The notes under the pieces are model-generated. The model saw only the letters and a list, made by a program, of their open reading frames with translations. It did no database searches and had not been told where the DNA came from. A stretch of DNA of 64,000 nucleotides from Eledone cirrhosa (lineage: Eukaryota). Position numbers and translations under genes: made by a program. Shown one piece after another: positions 38,678-54,500 of this stretch. The DNA is taken from assembly GCA_964016885.1 (NCBI GenBank), contig OZ024765.1, positions 6,510,001 to 6,574,000 on the forward strand, given 5' to 3'. Numbering within the stretch: the stretch's first letter is position 1; the number at the start of each line of letters is the position of its first letter.

Positions 38678-38784
38678 TTGCAAGGGAAGATATAGAGACG
38701 TCCTATATACCAGGCCACAGTAAACACGATAAACAACTGGTTACACCACTTCCGGCGTCCCGAGTAGCTGGCCATCTTGGTTGC
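38678..38784 (-). CDS. CERS: CerS coding exon G
   Basis: tttcag|GCA ACC AAG ATG ... TGC AA|gtaggt; 107 bp; [35 protein letters not shown](K); missed by the ORF track. Confidence 0.93.
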
Positions 38785-38894
38785 CTGAAATATTGAACAC
38801 ATTATTGATTGATTCATTGATTAGCTCATTGATCTGGAGTGGGGCAGGGAAGGGTTTGAGAAACACAGGGGAAAAGATAAAATACACTCACTCA

Positions 38895-40437
<1,543 letters not shown>

Positions 40438-40441
<4 letters not shown>

Positions 40442-41405
40442 TCATCATCATCATCATCGTTTAACGTCCATATTCCACGCTTGCATGGGTTTGGACGGGA
40501 GTTTTCTCACTTGAGGCAAGAGTGGTTGTCTTGCTCGCATAGGACTGTCTGGCAGGTTTTCTACAGTTGGATGCCCTTCCTAACACCAACCACATTTACA
40601 GTGTGGGACTGGGAGGTTTTTACCGTGTTGCCTACACGGCCACATTACAGCGTGGACTGTCTGGCGGGTTTTCTGCGGCTGGATGCCCTTCCTAACACCA
40701 ACCACATTTACAGTGTGGGGCTGGAAGGTTTTTACCGTGTTGCCTACACGGCCACATTACAGCGTGGACTGTCTGGCGGGTTTTCTACAGCTGGATGCCC
40801 TTCCTAACACCAACCACATTTACAGTGTGGGGCTGGGAGGTTTTTACCGTGTTGCCTACACGGCCACATTACAGCGTGGACTGTCTGGCAGGTTTTCTAC
40901 AGCTGGATGCCCTTCCTAACACCAACCACATTTACAGTGTGGGGCTGGGAGGTTTTTACCGTGTTGCCTACACGGCCACATTACAGCGTGGACTGTCTGG
41001 CGGGTTTTCTGCGGCTGGATGCCCTTCCTAACACCAACCACATTTACAGTGTGGGGCTGGGAGGTTTTTACCGTGTTGCCTACACGGCCACATTACAGCG
41101 TGGACTGTCTGGCGGGTTTTCTGCGGCTGGATGCCCTTCCTAACACCAACCACATTTACAGTGTGGGGCTGGGAGGTTTTTACCGTGTTGCCTACACGGC
41201 CACATTACAGCGTGGACTGTCTGGCGGGTTTTCTACAGCTGGATGCCCTTCCTAACACCAACCACATTTACAGTGTGGGGCTGGGAGGTTTTTACCGTGT
41301 TGCCTACACGGCCACATTACAGCGTGGACTGTGTGTTTTTTTGTCGTGACACCTACACGATCTCATTTGTTTCGGCCTGGATTTTGTGGCACCAACGTAA
41401 CTTTA
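40438..41405 (-). mobile_element. Nin-type SINE with an internal 112-bp segment amplified 7 times (40542-41333)
   Basis: ggactgtctgg..ggatgcccttcctaacaccaacc with period 112; unexpanded inverted sister copy at 56900-57185. Confidence 0.85.
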
Positions 41406-41447
41406 CATTGAAAGGGGGGCGGTGTGGATGGGGTGGGGGTGGTGGGA

Positions 41448-41482
<35 letters not shown>

Positions 41483-41659
41483 AATTAGTATTTTTCAATC
41501 TAGCTAACTGGGTCATTTGCAATACAAACACATGTAGACTTGTATCAGTGTCTATCCCTCTCATGTATTCATTTGTATTACACGGCTCATAAATATTCCT
41601 TTCTTTGAGCTAATTAATTGTAAAAGACTATTTGAGTTTATAACTCTATATATAATATA

Positions 41660-41709
<50 letters not shown>

Positions 41710-41765
41710 TATGTATATACGTATATATATATATACATATATATATACATATATATGTATATACG

Positions 41766-41798
<33 letters not shown>

Positions 41799-41869
41799 GT
41801 ATACGTATATATTTATATACATATATGTATATGTATATACGTATATATATATATACATATGTATATGTA

Positions 41870-41900
<31 letters not shown>

Positions 41901-42172
41901 GTATATACGTATATATATATATATGTATATACGTATATATATATATATATACATATATATGTATATGTATATACGTATATATATATATATATACATATAT
42001 ATGTATATGTATATACGTATATATATATATATATACATATATATGTATATGTATATACGTATATATATATATATATACATATATATATGTATATATATAT
42101 ACATATATACATATACATATATATACATATACATATACATATATATATATATACATATACATATATATATAC

Positions 42173-42204
<32 letters not shown>

Positions 42205-43145
42205 ATATATACATATATATACATATATATATGTATATATATATACATATATACATATATACATATATATACATATATACATATACATATACATATATAT
42301 ATATACATATATACATATACATATATATACATATATACATATACATATATATACATATATACATATACATATATATATATATATACATATTATATATAGA
42401 GTTTATTATATATATATATGTATATATATATAATGTATATATATAATGTATATAAAGTCTATATATACTATAATAGTGGGTATATAAAGTATATATAGTG
42501 TATATATACTGTAAATAATGTGTATATAATGTATATATAGTGTATATATACTGTACATAATGAATATATAATGTATACATACTGTACATATAGAGTATAT
42601 ATACATTATATACACACTGTCATGTGTATATAATGTATATATAGTGTATACATACTGTACATAGTGTGTGTATATAATGTATATATAGTGTATATATACT
42701 CTATATCATGTGTATAAAATGTATATATAGTGTATATATACTGTGATAGTGTGTATATAATGTATATATAGTGTATATATACTGTGATAGTGTGTATATA
42801 ATGTATATATAGTGTATATATACTGTGATAGTGTGTATATAATGTATATATACTCTATATCATGTGTATATAATGTATATATAGTGTATATATACTGTGA
42901 TAGTGTGTATATAATGTATATATAGTGTATATATACTGTGATAGTGTGTATATAATGTAAATTTGAGTTGTGTCATCACTGGTGCTAAGCTGTGTCAGCC
43001 ATTACCTCCCCAACATCAGTGGCGTGGACAGGAGCTATCAGCATGGGGACTGCTGGTCTTCCACAAACACATGTTACACAGAAGGGAAACTTTTGAGGGG
43101 CAAATTCCAAAACTAGAGGGTTTGATGCATGGCAAACTCGTTACC

Positions 43146-44488
43146 CACACCAACACTACCACTTTACAGAGTGTACTGGGTGTATTTTATCATGACACCA
43201 ACACTACCACTTTACAGAGTGTACTGGGTGTATTTTATCATGACACCAACACTACCACTTTACAGAGTGTACTGGGTGTATGTTATCATGACACCAACAC
43301 TACCACTTTGCAGAGTGTACTGGGTGTATGTTATCATGACATCAACACTACCACTTTACAGAGTGGACTGGGTGTATTTTATCATGACACCAACACTACC
43401 ACTTTACAGAGTGGACTGGGTGTATTTTATCATGACACCTACACTACCACTTTACAGAGTGTACTGGGTGTATTTTATCATGACACCTACACTACCACTT
43501 TACAGAGTGTACTGGGTGTATTTTATCATTACATCAACACTACCACTTTACAGAGTGGACTGGGTGTATTTTATCATGACACCTACACTACCACTTTACA
43601 GAGTGGACTGGGTGTATTTTATCATGACACCTACACTACCACTTTACAGAGTGGACTGGGTGTATTTTATCATTACATCAACACTACCACTTTACAGAGT
43701 GGACTGGGTGTATTTTATCATGACACCAACACTACCACTTTACAGAGTGGACTGGGTGTATTTTATCATGACACCTACACTACCACTTTACAGAGTGGAC
43801 TGGGTGTATTTTATCATTACATCAACACTACCACTTTACAGAGTGGACTGGGTGTATTTTATCATGACACCAACACTACCACTTTACAGAGTGGACTGGG
43901 TGTATTTTATCATGACACCTACACTACCACTTTACAGAGTGGACTGGGTGTATTTTATCATGACACCTACACTACCACTTTACAGAGTGTACTGGGTGTA
44001 TTTTATCATTACATCAACACTACCACTTTACAGAGTGGACTGGGTGTATTTTATCATGACACCTACACTACCACTTTACAGAGTGGACTGGGTGTATTTT
44101 ATCATGACACCAACACTACCACTTTACAGAGTGGACTGGGTGTATTTTATCATGACACCTACACTACCACTTTACAGAGTGTACTGGGTGTATTTTATCA
44201 TGACACCTACACTACCACTTTACAGAGTGTACTGGGTGTATTTTATCATTACATCAACACTACCACTTTACAGAGTGGACTGGGTGTATTTTATCATGAC
44301 ACCTACACTACCACTTTACAGAGTGTACTGGGTGTATTTTATCATGACACCTACACTACCACTTTACAGAGTGGACTGGGTGTATTTCATCATGACACCA
44401 ACACTACCACTTTACAGAGTGTACTGGTGTATTTTATCATGACACCAACACTACCACTTTACAGAGTGGACTGGGTGTATTTTATCAT
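43146..44488. repeat. 48-bp minisatellite (~28 copies); a second array of the same unit at 45490-45797
   Basis: unit ccactttacagagtg(g/t)actgggtgtattttatcatgacacc(a/t)acacta. Confidence 0.97.
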
Positions 44489-44553
44489 GTCTGGGCCTTA
44501 TTTTGACACAAGATGGGGAAGGGGGTGACAAGGTTGAAAGGGTTGATATTTAC

Positions 44554-44682
44554 CTCAAGAAAAGGGTCAGCCATATCGTGCACTAGAAGAATGAGACAAG
44601 ATATTCGGATGATGTTCTGGATCCAAGCTATAAACATCAGTGTCATGGTAACAATATGGTGGATGAATAGTTCCCAGAAGTC
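44554..44682 (-). CDS. CERS: CerS coding exon F (Lag1p motif, catalytic HH and HDxxD)
   Basis: ttacag|GAC ... GAG|gtaaat; 129 bp; DFWELFIHHIVTMTLMFIAWIQNIIRISCLILLVHDMADPFLE. Confidence 0.97.
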
Positions 44683-45261
44683 CTGTAAAATAATGCTTTC
44701 TTTATTAACCACAAGGGTTTACACAAAGTAGACATTAAGGACAGTACAGGACAGTACAGGATGGTACAAATGGGCATTTCTGCGTGTAAAAAAAACAAAA
44801 AACAGAGGATGTAACAAAAAAAAGAAACAATGAAAAATTCCCCAATAGGGGGGAGACTTCCAAGGGACATTCGTGGAGAAAGCCCATTAAAAAAGCCACG
44901 GTGACCCTGACCACCAGAGCAAGTGCCCTCTCCCAGTTTTCCACCTTTAATTTACAGGCACATACTCAGAGTAGGCCCATTCATTCGGGCCATTCTTACC
45001 TCTCTCACCCATCTTTCAATAAAATGCTGGATTTCTTATATAGGCACAAGGCCAGCAATTTTGGGAGGGGAAAGTCGATTAAATCGATCCCAGTGCGTGA
45101 CTGGTACTTTATTTTATCGACCCCGTAAAGATGAAAGGCAAAGTTAACCTTGGTGCAATTTGAATTCAGAATGGAAAGGGCCGTAACTCTATGCGTCAAA
45201 TCATGGCGTCCGACCCTCTACCGATACTGCCAATCCACTGCCCTACTTAATAAACACACAC

Positions 45262-45492
45262 CATAAAAAGTGTCAGAGAATGACAAAGCAACCATTCTCT
45301 GGGTGGTGCCAATATATACAGACAGAGAGAACAAAAGCCAACCAACCAGATATTATAGTCAAAGACCACAGAGAAAGAAAATGCCTTCTAACAGATCTAT
45401 CTATCACCACAGACGACAATATATCTTCCAAGGAAGTAGAGAAACTCTCCAAATATAAAGATCTAGAGATAGAAATAACTTGAATATGGTGT
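45262..45492 (+). mobile_element. Fragment of restriction-like-endonuclease (R4/Dong-type) non-LTR retrotransposon
   Basis: ENDKATILW.. then, after a frameshift, KANQPDIIVKDHRERKCLLTDLSITTDDNISSKEVEKLSKYKDLEIEI (PD..D..KE.EK..KY motif). Confidence 0.7.
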
Positions 45493-45825
45493 ACAGAGTA
45501 GACTGGGTGTATATTACCATGACACCAGCTCTACCACTTTACAGAGTGTACTGGGTGTATATTACCATGACACCAGCTCTACCACTTTACAGAGTGGACT
45601 GGGTGTATTTTATCATGACACCAACACTACCACTTTACAGAGTGTACATTATCATGACACCAGCACTACCACTTTACAGAGTGGACTGGGTGTATATTAT
45701 CATGACACCAACACTACCACTTTACAGAGTGTACTGGGTGTATTTTATCATGACACCAGCACTACCATTTTACAGAGTGGACTGGGTGTATTTTATCGTT
45801 GTAATGATGGTGATCCTATACATGT

Positions 45826-46264
45826 GATGGTGGTGGTGGTGATGGTGGTGGTAGTGGTGGTGGTGGTGATGTTTCTGGTGATGGTGGTGGTGGTGGTGAT
45901 GGTGGTGATGTTTGTGTTGGTGGTGATGGTGATGATAGTGATGGTTCTGGTGGTGACGATGATGACTGTGATAATGGTGGTGGTGGTGGTTGTGGTGGTT
46001 GTGGTGGTGGTTGTGGTGGTTGTGGTGGTGGTGGTGGTGGTGGTGGTGGTGGTGGTGGTTGTGGTGGTGGTGGTGGTGGTGGTGGTGGTGGTGGTGATGA
46101 AAGTAATTTGTTTAATTAATCCAGTCTTATTTAATCTGATTACTGATGTCCCTTGTTGGAGGGATTATAGGGTGGTGGTGGGAGTAGATGTACAATGGTG
46201 GTGGTGGTGGTGGCGGGGAAGGGGAGGGCTATATCTGGCCATGCGTGTGTGGGTGTCTTGTCAA

Positions 46265-46359
<95 letters not shown>

Positions 46360-47090
46360 TTGCTATATATATTTCTTTATTTACCATAAAGGCATTATAT
46401 ATATATATAGATAGATAGATAGATATACATGTGTATATGTGTGGCATTATGTGTGTGTGTGTTGTGTATATGTGTGGCATTATGTGTATGTGTATATGTG
46501 TGGCATTGTGTGTGTGTGTGTGTGTGCATATGTGTGGCATTATATATGTGTGTTGTATATATGTGTGGCATTGTATGTGTGTGTGTTGTGTATATGTGGG
46601 GCATTGTATGTGTGTGTGCATATGTGTGGCATTATATGTGTCTTGTATATATGTGTGGCATTGTATGTGTGTGTGTTGTGTATATGTGGGGCATTGTATG
46701 TGTGTGTGTGTTGTGTATATGTGTGGCATTGTATGTGTGTGTGTTGTGTATATGTGTGGCATTGTATGTGTGTGTGTTGTGTATATGTGGGGCATTGTAT
46801 GTGTGTGTGTGTTGTGTATATGTGTGGCATTATATGTGTGTATATGTGTGGCATTGTATGTGTGTGTGTGTTGTGTATATGTGTGGCATTGTATGTGTAT
46901 ATATGTGCGGCATTATATGTGTATATGTGTGCATATATATATTTTACGGCATGAGTGTATATGTGTATATGTGTATTTATGTTTTTACGTATATGTCTAC
47001 ATTTGCACACGAGTGTGTGTGTGTCCATCCACAGTTCCACAGTGACACACACACACACACACACAGCGTCACACACACACACACACACAC
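45826..47090. repeat. (GTG)n, (TG)n and tatgtgtggcat-type microsatellite/minisatellite block
   Basis: direct inspection. Confidence 0.9.
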
Positions 47091-47116
47091 AGAATCTGAA
47101 TGTCACCAGTACCTAC

Positions 47117-47209
47117 CTTCTTACGAACATCGGTGAAATGCATGAGACTCGAACCCACATAGTAAGACAGCTCAACAAGATAGTACCAATAGATTTCAGA
47201 AGGCACATG
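47117..47209 (-). CDS. CERS: CerS coding exon E
   Basis: ttgcag|CAT ... AAG|gtaggt; 93 bp; HVPSEIYWYYLVELSYYVGSSLMHFTDVRKK. Confidence 0.95.
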
Positions 47210-47274
47210 CTGCAAAAGAAAAACCTGGATATTAGCCACAACATCACTATTTAGGGAAAGGAAAGGAATTAATT

Positions 47275-47755
47275 GCCAGATCAGACTGATGAAATTATGT
47301 TTCCATATCTGAAACAATCTTTCCATTGGTCTTTCCATTACTGATACTATCTGTCAGTCACAACTCCTGGCAGAAGAAAGGAGCTGATCATCAGATCAGA
47401 CCAAGGAAACAATCTTTCCATTGGTCTTTCCATTACTGATACTATCTGTCAGTTACAACTCCTGGCAGAAAAAAGGAGCTGATCATCAGATCAGACCAAG
47501 GAAATTATGTTTCCATTGGTCTTTCCATTACTGATACTATCTGTCAGTCACAACTCCTGGCAGAAGAAAGGAGCTGATCATCAGATCAGACCAAGGAAAC
47601 AATGTGTCCATTGGTCTTTCTATTACTGATACTATCTGTCAGTCACAACTCCTGGCAGAAGAAAGGAGCTGATCATCAGATCAGACCAAGGAAACAATGT
47701 TTCCATTGGTCTTTCTATTACTGATACTATCAGCTGATCATTAGATCAGACTAAG
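47275..47755. repeat. 95-bp minisatellite (~5 copies)
   Basis: gagctgatcatcagatcagaccaagg at 47381, 47476, 47571 and 47666. Confidence 0.92.
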
Positions 47756-47899
47756 TAAACATAGCTAGACAAACAGCTAAATAGACAGATAAATAGATAG
47801 AGAACTTGACAGACAGGTAGGCAGATAGATAGATAGGTAAATATATATAAATAGATAGGCAAATATAGATAGATAGATGAATAGATAAATAGATAGGTA

Positions 47900-48545
47900 T
47901 GCTTATTTGCCACATGGTTGCACAAGAAATGGGACATTACAAGACGTGACGGCAGAGGTTTTATATAAAAGTTGTTTAAACTTTAACATTAATAAATAAC
48001 AATAAACTATATATTAAAATAAAATAATCGAAATCCCCAATAGGGGGGAATGTTACTCCAGGGTTGTTTTACACCCCGTAGACAGAACAACTCTTAACAC
48101 CAGGAGCACGTTTTGTAGGTGTTCCCATCTTCCCTCTTTTGTCTTCTTCAACCTACAGGTTTATATAGATATATTTCTTTATTTGCCACAAGGGCGTACA
48201 AGAAAAGGGGACAAAACAGAGACATGCCGGGGATTTTACATACAATCATGTAAAAATATAAAATAAACAATTATAACAATCAAAATCCCCAATAGGGGGG
48301 AGGTGCCACAAATGGGTTGTTTAATACCCTGTCGATAGAACAACCCTCAACTTTAGGAGCGTGTTGTGCAAGTGCTCCTTTCTTCCTTTTGCTCTCTTCT
48401 TCAACCTACAGGCTTACAAACAGAGAAGGCCCAATCACTCGGGCCATTTTTGCCACATTCACCCACCTTTCAGTAAATTTACTGGGGTGCAGTGCCTCTC
48501 TCTCCACCCTGATTCTCCTTTTAAAGTGGTACCTAAAGAAGGTTT
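47900..48545 (-). mobile_element. Two tandem 3'-end fragments of a probable L1/Tx1-like LINE; related pieces at 44695-45020 and 54545-54670
   Basis: minus frame RYHFKRRIRVEREALHPSKFTERWVNVAKMARVIG followed by a 3' UTR ending in ggcaaataaag; family assignment is inference. Confidence 0.45.
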
Positions 48546-48662
48546 ATATAGATAGATAGATATTAGCCACAGGGTAGATAGATAGATAGATAGACAAAGT
48601 CAAAAGAAGAATAAGATAGATGGATAGATAGACACTGGTTTATGTTGCACACAGACAACTAT

Positions 48663-48724
<62 letters not shown>

Positions 48725-49164
48725 ATTAACCCACACCTGGTACACTTCTTGGTGAAGTAGTATGGGTGGGGGAATGTGATTATTGGAGTATGACAGCTAA
48801 GATCATCACACTACTACTACTACTACCACAACCACTACTACTACCACCACTGTCACTACTACTACTACTACTACTACTAGCATGATAATATTACTATTAT
48901 CTCTACTACTATTAGTAGTACTACTACTACCACCACCACCACCACTACTACTAGTAGTACTACCACCACCACCACTAGTACTACTACTACCACCACCACC
49001 ATTACTAGTAGTACTACTACCACCACCACCACCATTACTAGTAGTACTACTACTACTACCACCACCACCACCACCACCACCATTACTAGTAGTACTACTA
49101 CTACCACCACCACCACCACCACCACCACCACCATTACTAGTACTACTACTACCACCATTACTAG

Positions 49165-49196
<32 letters not shown>

Positions 49197-49807
49197 GCAC
49201 CACTATTACTAGTAGTACTACTACCATGTAAATATGTGTGTGTATGTGTAAATGTGTGTGTGTGTGTGTGTGTATGAGCTTTATATCAAATTCCATCTGT
49301 TACAAAAGCAACAAAAAGAGAGAGTGAGAAAGGAGTGTGCATGTGTGTTTGAGTGTGTGTGTGTTTGAGTGTGTGTGTGTGTGTGTTTGAGTGTGTGTGT
49401 GTTTGAGTGTGTGTGTGTGTGTTTGAGTGTGTGTCTGAGTGTATGACTAAACCAGTAAAAGAATACAAGGCTTAATCCCTTCCAGGCAGTGCCCCAGCAT
49501 GGCCAAAGTCTAATGACTGAAACCTGTACTGCCCCAGCATGGCCAAAGTCTAATGACTGAAACCAGTAAAAGAATACAAGATTAAATCTCTTCAGTGCCG
49601 TGCCCCAGCATGGCCACAGTCTAATGACAGAAACCAGTAGTGCCCTAGCATGGCCGCAGTCTAATGACTGAAACCAGCAGTGCCCCAGTCTAATGACTGA
49701 AAGCAGCAGTACCCCAGCATGGCCTAAATCATAAGATGGTAGGCCAAGCTGGAGGTAAACCATGAGAACAAGGAATGAAATAGAAGAAATATTAGTTTCT
49801 CCTCTAC

Positions 49808-49858
49808 CTGATGTGGGTAATTAGGCCAGCATTCTGTTGAGTCCCAAAACCAGACTTT
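49808..49858 (-). CDS. CERS: CerS coding exon D
   Basis: ttgcag|AAA ... CAG|gtagag; 51 bp; KVWFWDSTECWPNYPHQ (CerS 'WxWxxxxCWxxYPxQ'). Confidence 0.95.
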
Positions 49859-49889
49859 CTGCAAAGAAAAACAAAATGGAATATGTGAT

Positions 49890-50102
49890 GTGCATGAAAG
49901 ACGACAGCTGTATAAAAAAAGTGCAGGGCGATCAAAATTGATGGAAGTTAACGGAGTAGGTAGACCCAGAAAAACCTGGGACGACATTATAAATTCCGAC
50001 CTTACACACTTACACCTCTCTAAGACAATGTCACTGGATCGAGATCTTTGGCGACATGTGGTAATACAGAAGATCCGCCTTCCTTACGTGCAAAGTCAGT
50101 AG
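49890..50102 (+). mobile_element. RTE LINE C-terminal fragment (related piece at 55875-56100)
   Basis: GVGRPRKTWDDIINSDL..MSLDRDLWRHVV. Confidence 0.7.
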
Positions 50103-50184
50103 GCCCCTCCTAACCAAATATACACCCCCAACCCACTACCCCTGCTCTATCCTCCCACTCCCACCAACACCACCCCTTTCTCTG

Positions 50185-51150
50185 TAAAGTTATGTTGGTA
50201 CCACAACATCCAGTCCAAACTAATGAGACCGAGTAGGTGTCATGTCAAAAGAAAACACCCAGTCCACGCTGTAAAGTGGTCGTGTAGGTAACACGGTAAA
50301 AGGTTCCCAGTCTACACTGTAAGGTGGTCGTGTAGGTAACACGGTAAAAGGTTCCCAGTCCACACTGTAAAGTGGTTGTGTAGGTAACACGGTAAAAGGT
50401 TCCCAGTCCACACTGTAATGTGGTCGTGTAGGTAACACGGTAAAAAGTTTCCAGTCCACACTGTAAGGTGGTCGTGTAGGTAACACGGTAGAAGGTTTCC
50501 AGTCCACACTGTAATGTGGTCGTGTAGGTAACACGGTAAAAGGTTTCCAGTCCACACTGTAAAGTGGTCGTGTAGGTAACACGGTAAAAAGTTTCCAGTC
50601 CACACTGTAAAGTGGTCGTGTAGGTAACACGGTAGAAGGTTTCCAGTCCACACTGTAAAGTGGTCGTGTAGGTAACACGGTAAAAAGTTTCCAGTCCACA
50701 CTGTAAAGTGGTTGTGTAGGTAACACGGTAGAAGGTTTCCAGTCCACACTGTACAGTGGTCGTGTAGGTAACACGGTAAAAGGTTCCCAGTCCACACTGT
50801 AAAGTGGTCGTGTAGGTAACACAGTAAAAGGTTCCCAGTCCACACTGTAAGGTGGTCGTGTAGGTAAGACGGTAAAAGGTTCCCAGTCCACACTGTAAAG
50901 TGGTCGTGTAGGTAACACGGTAAAAGGTTCCCAGTCCACACTGTAAAGTGGTCGTGTAGGTAACACGGTAGAAGGTTTCCAGTCCACACTGTAAATGTGG
51001 TTGGTGTTAGGAAGGGCATCCAGCCGTATAAAACCTGCCAGATAGTCCTATACGAACAAAACACAGTCAGCCGACCAATCTTGCCTCAAGTGGGACAATT
51101 CCCGTCTAACCCATGCTAGCGTGGAAGATAGACGTTAAATGATGATGATG
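50185..51150 (+). mobile_element. Nin-type SINE with a 48-bp internal module amplified ~15 times (50260-50995)
   Basis: unit cagtccacactgtaaagtggtcgtgtaggtaacacggtaaaaggttcc, followed by ggtgttaggaagggcatccagcc and a gacgttaaatgatgatg tail. Confidence 0.85.
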
Positions 51151-51545
51151 ATAACACCTAGCTCAACAAATTGTGAACATAACAGCTGGGAAAGACCCTT
51201 TGGGAGCTTAAATGTCAGCCAGGCGCACGAGTAGAAGGATGTGTTTTTTGCCTGTGGCATATCACAAAATCGGATTTTTCATCTGAGGATACCGTTCTCA
51301 TAACAACAACAAATGCACAAATTACCCCCAGTGCATTACTGGTACTTTATTTCATTGACCTCGTAAAGGATGAACGGCAAAGCTAACCGCAGCAGGCCAT
51401 AACTCTATGCTGCAAAGCATGGTGTCTGATGTTCTACCGATCCTACCAATCAACCACCCCTGATGGTGGTGGTGGTGGTGGTGGTAATATTGGTGAAAAT
51501 AGGTAAGGAGGTGGAAGAGGCCGATGTAGTGATAGTAATACTTAC

Positions 51546-51603
51546 ATTAGACAATATTATAGTACCAATTATCAATATGATTAAATAGTAAGTAAACCTC
51601 CAG
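51546..51603 (-). CDS. CERS: CerS coding exon C (start of TLC domain)
   Basis: tttcag|C TGG AGG TTT ... AAT|gtaagt; 58 bp; WRFTYYLIILIIGTIILSN. Confidence 0.92.
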
Positions 51604-51634
51604 CTGAAACAGAGAGAAAAATAAGTTATACGGG

Positions 51635-53085
51635 GATATCACACAGTGTTATATATAGTAGTATATATAGTGATGGGGATATCACACAGTGTTATATATA
51701 GTAGTATATATAGTGATATCAGACAGTGTTATATATAATAGTATATATAGTGATATCACAGTGTTATATATAGTAGTATATATAGTGATATCACACAGTG
51801 TTATATATAGTAGTATATATAGTGATATCACAGTGTTATATATAGTAGTATATATAGTGATATCACACAGTGTTATATATAGTAGTATATATAGTGATAT
51901 CACACAGTGTTATATATAGTAGTATATATAGTGATATCACACAGTGTTATATATAGTAGTATATATAGTGATATCACACAGTGTTATATATAGTAGTATA
52001 TATAGTAGTATATATAGTGATATCACAGTGTTATATATAGTAGTATATATAGTGATATCAGACAGTGTTATATATAGTAGTATATATAGTGATATCACAC
52101 AGTGTTATATACAGTAGTATATATAGTGATATCAGACAGTGTTATATATAGTAGTATATATAGTGATATCACAGTGTTATATATAGTAGTATATATAGTG
52201 ATATCAGACAGTGTTATATATAGTAGTATATATAGTGATATCACACAGTGTTACATATAGTAGTATATATAGTGATATCAGACAGTGTTATATATATTCG
52301 TAGATAGTGGTATATAGTGGTGTCATATAGAGTTATACAGGGATACCACACAGTTTTATATATAGTGGGACATAGTGATATCACACAATGATATATTGTG
52401 ATATCCCAGTTTTATATATAATGGTTTACAGTGATATCACACAGTGTTATATACAGTGAAATACAGTGATATCACAGTTTAATATATACAGGCGTATATA
52501 GTGGTATATATAGTAATATCACAGTATTATATACAGTGGCATATAGAGATATCATATAGTTATACAGGGATATTACAGTTTTATATATATAGTGGTATAT
52601 AGTGATATACAGTGATATCAAACCCATGCAAGCGTGGAATATGGACGTTAAACGATGATGATGATGATGATGATCACACAGTGTTATAGACAGTAAAATA
52701 CAGTGATATCACAGTTTTATATATACAGTCGTATATAGTGATATATATATAGTGATATCACACAGTGTTATATGGCGATATCATATAGAGTTGTACAGGG
52801 ATATCACACAGTTTTATATATAGTGATATCACAGTGTTATATAGTGATATCACAGTTTTATATATAGTGGTGTATAGTGATATATATATAGTGATATCAC
52901 ACAGTGCTATATACAGTGATATCACAGTTTGATACATTGGTATCACAGTGTTATATACAGTGATATCAGTTTCATACATTGGTATCACACAGTTTTATAT
53001 ACAGTGATATCACAGTTTCATACATTGGTATAACATAGTGTTATAGTGTGTTATAAAATATCTGTGTTAGTGATATCACAGCGTA
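51635..53085. repeat. ~37-bp AT-rich minisatellite, degenerating distally
   Basis: gtgatatcacacagtgttatatatagtagtatatata. Confidence 0.9.
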
Positions 53086-53152
53086 ATGTAATACCATAAT
53101 ATATCACCACTATTTCATACATCTGTCCCACATCTGTTATCCACACTCATCA

Positions 53153-53710
53153 ATAGTTAGCTAGGGTATGAGGGCGTCACACAGGGAGCCAGGAGAAATA
53201 GCTAGCTAGGGTATGGTGTCACAGAGGGAGCCAGGAGAAATAGCTAGCTAGGATATGAGGGCGTCACACAGGGAGCCAGGATAAATAGCTAGCTAGGATA
53301 TGGTGTCACACAGGGAGCCAGGAGAAATAGCTAGCTAGGATATGGTGTCACACAGGGAGCCAGGAGAAATAGCTAGCTAGGATATGAAGGTGTGACACAG
53401 GGAGCCAGGAGAAATAGCTAGCTAGGATATGGTGTCACAGAGGGAGCCAGGAGAAATAGCTAGCTAGGATATGGTGTCACGGAGGGAGCCAGGAGAAATA
53501 GCTAGGTAGGATATGAAGGTGTGACACAGGGAGCCAGGAGAAATAGCTACCTAGGATATAGTGTCACGGAGGGAGCCAGGAGAAATAGCTAGCTAGGATA
53601 TGAAGGTGTGACACAGGGAGCCAGGAGAAATAACTAGCTAGGATATAAAGGTGTCCCCCCAGCCAGGAGAAATAGCTAGCTAAGATATGAAGGTGTGACA
53701 CAGGGAGCCA
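53153..53710. repeat. 42/45-bp minisatellite (~12 copies)
   Basis: acacagggagccaggagaaatagctagctaggatatggtgtc. Confidence 0.92.
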
Positions 53711-53760
53711 TGAGACCCGTTCCAAAACAAAACTAACATAGGGAAGTGCCAATACATTAC

Positions 53761-53867
53761 CAGGATTCTGTAAATCTAGTAAGCGTGTTTGCTTTCTCTT
53801 GGTTCCTTCGTAGACGAAACCAGCGTTGTATTTGTCTGACTGACAGTTCTAATTTCTTAGAATATCC
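53761..53867 (-). CDS. CERS: CerS coding exon B (Hox-like homeodomain helix 2-3)
   Basis: tttcag|GGA ... TCC TG|gtaatg; 107 bp; [35 protein letters not shown](C), matching the CerS 'IQRWFRxRRNQEKPSTLTRFxES' motif. Confidence 0.95.
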
Positions 53868-53914
53868 CTGAAACATTAAGAAACAATAACAATTTCAATT
53901 TAATTTTATAATCC

Positions 53915-54500
53915 TTTAAACTGGCCGTATAGAGCCAGAAATCTCTCACCTCCTTCTGTTTAAACTCACACTGATGTTAAGGTATTGTTCTCAAAATAAA
54001 TAATATCAAAATATCATAGATTCAATATTATGTGATAGTTATGTGAGATAAAGCCTTTACTGTGAAAATATAATAGTATATATAAAGTAATGTAATGCTA
54101 AAGAGTTAAACCAGCCATATCCAGCCAGAATTCTCTCACTTCTTTTTGTTCAAACTCATACTGGTGTTAAGTATTGTTCTCAAAATAAATAATATCAAAA
54201 TCTCATAGGTTTGATATTATGTGGGATAAAGCCTTTCTGGATCCACATCAACAGGCTTCAATACTCGGTTCAAGTCAACTTGCCTTAACTTTTTAGCATT
54301 TAAACCAGCTGTATACGGCCAGAATTCTCTCACCTCTTTCTGTTCAAACCGGCTGCTCATACTGATGTTAAGGTATTGCTCTCAAAATAAATATATAGTA
54401 TTAAAATCTCATAGATTCAATATTATGTGAGATAATTATGTACGATAAAGCCTTTACTACAAAAATACAATAGTAAATAGTAATGGAAATGCTAAATGGT
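53915..54500. mobile_element. Tandem piggyBac-like MITE copies in a CerS intron
   Basis: repeated ggccagaattctctcacc..ctgatgttaaggtattgttctcaaaataa..gtaatgctaaagagttaa. Confidence 0.7.

Noticed and set aside
42963-44528. 521-aa and 437-aa ORFs of 16-aa repeats
   Set aside because: Stop-free reading of a 48-bp SINE-derived minisatellite in a CerS intron; no unique domain
44596-44607. Idea that RIS is restored to RIG by A-to-I editing
   Set aside because: The Ser codon is TCT, which A-to-G editing cannot convert to Gly
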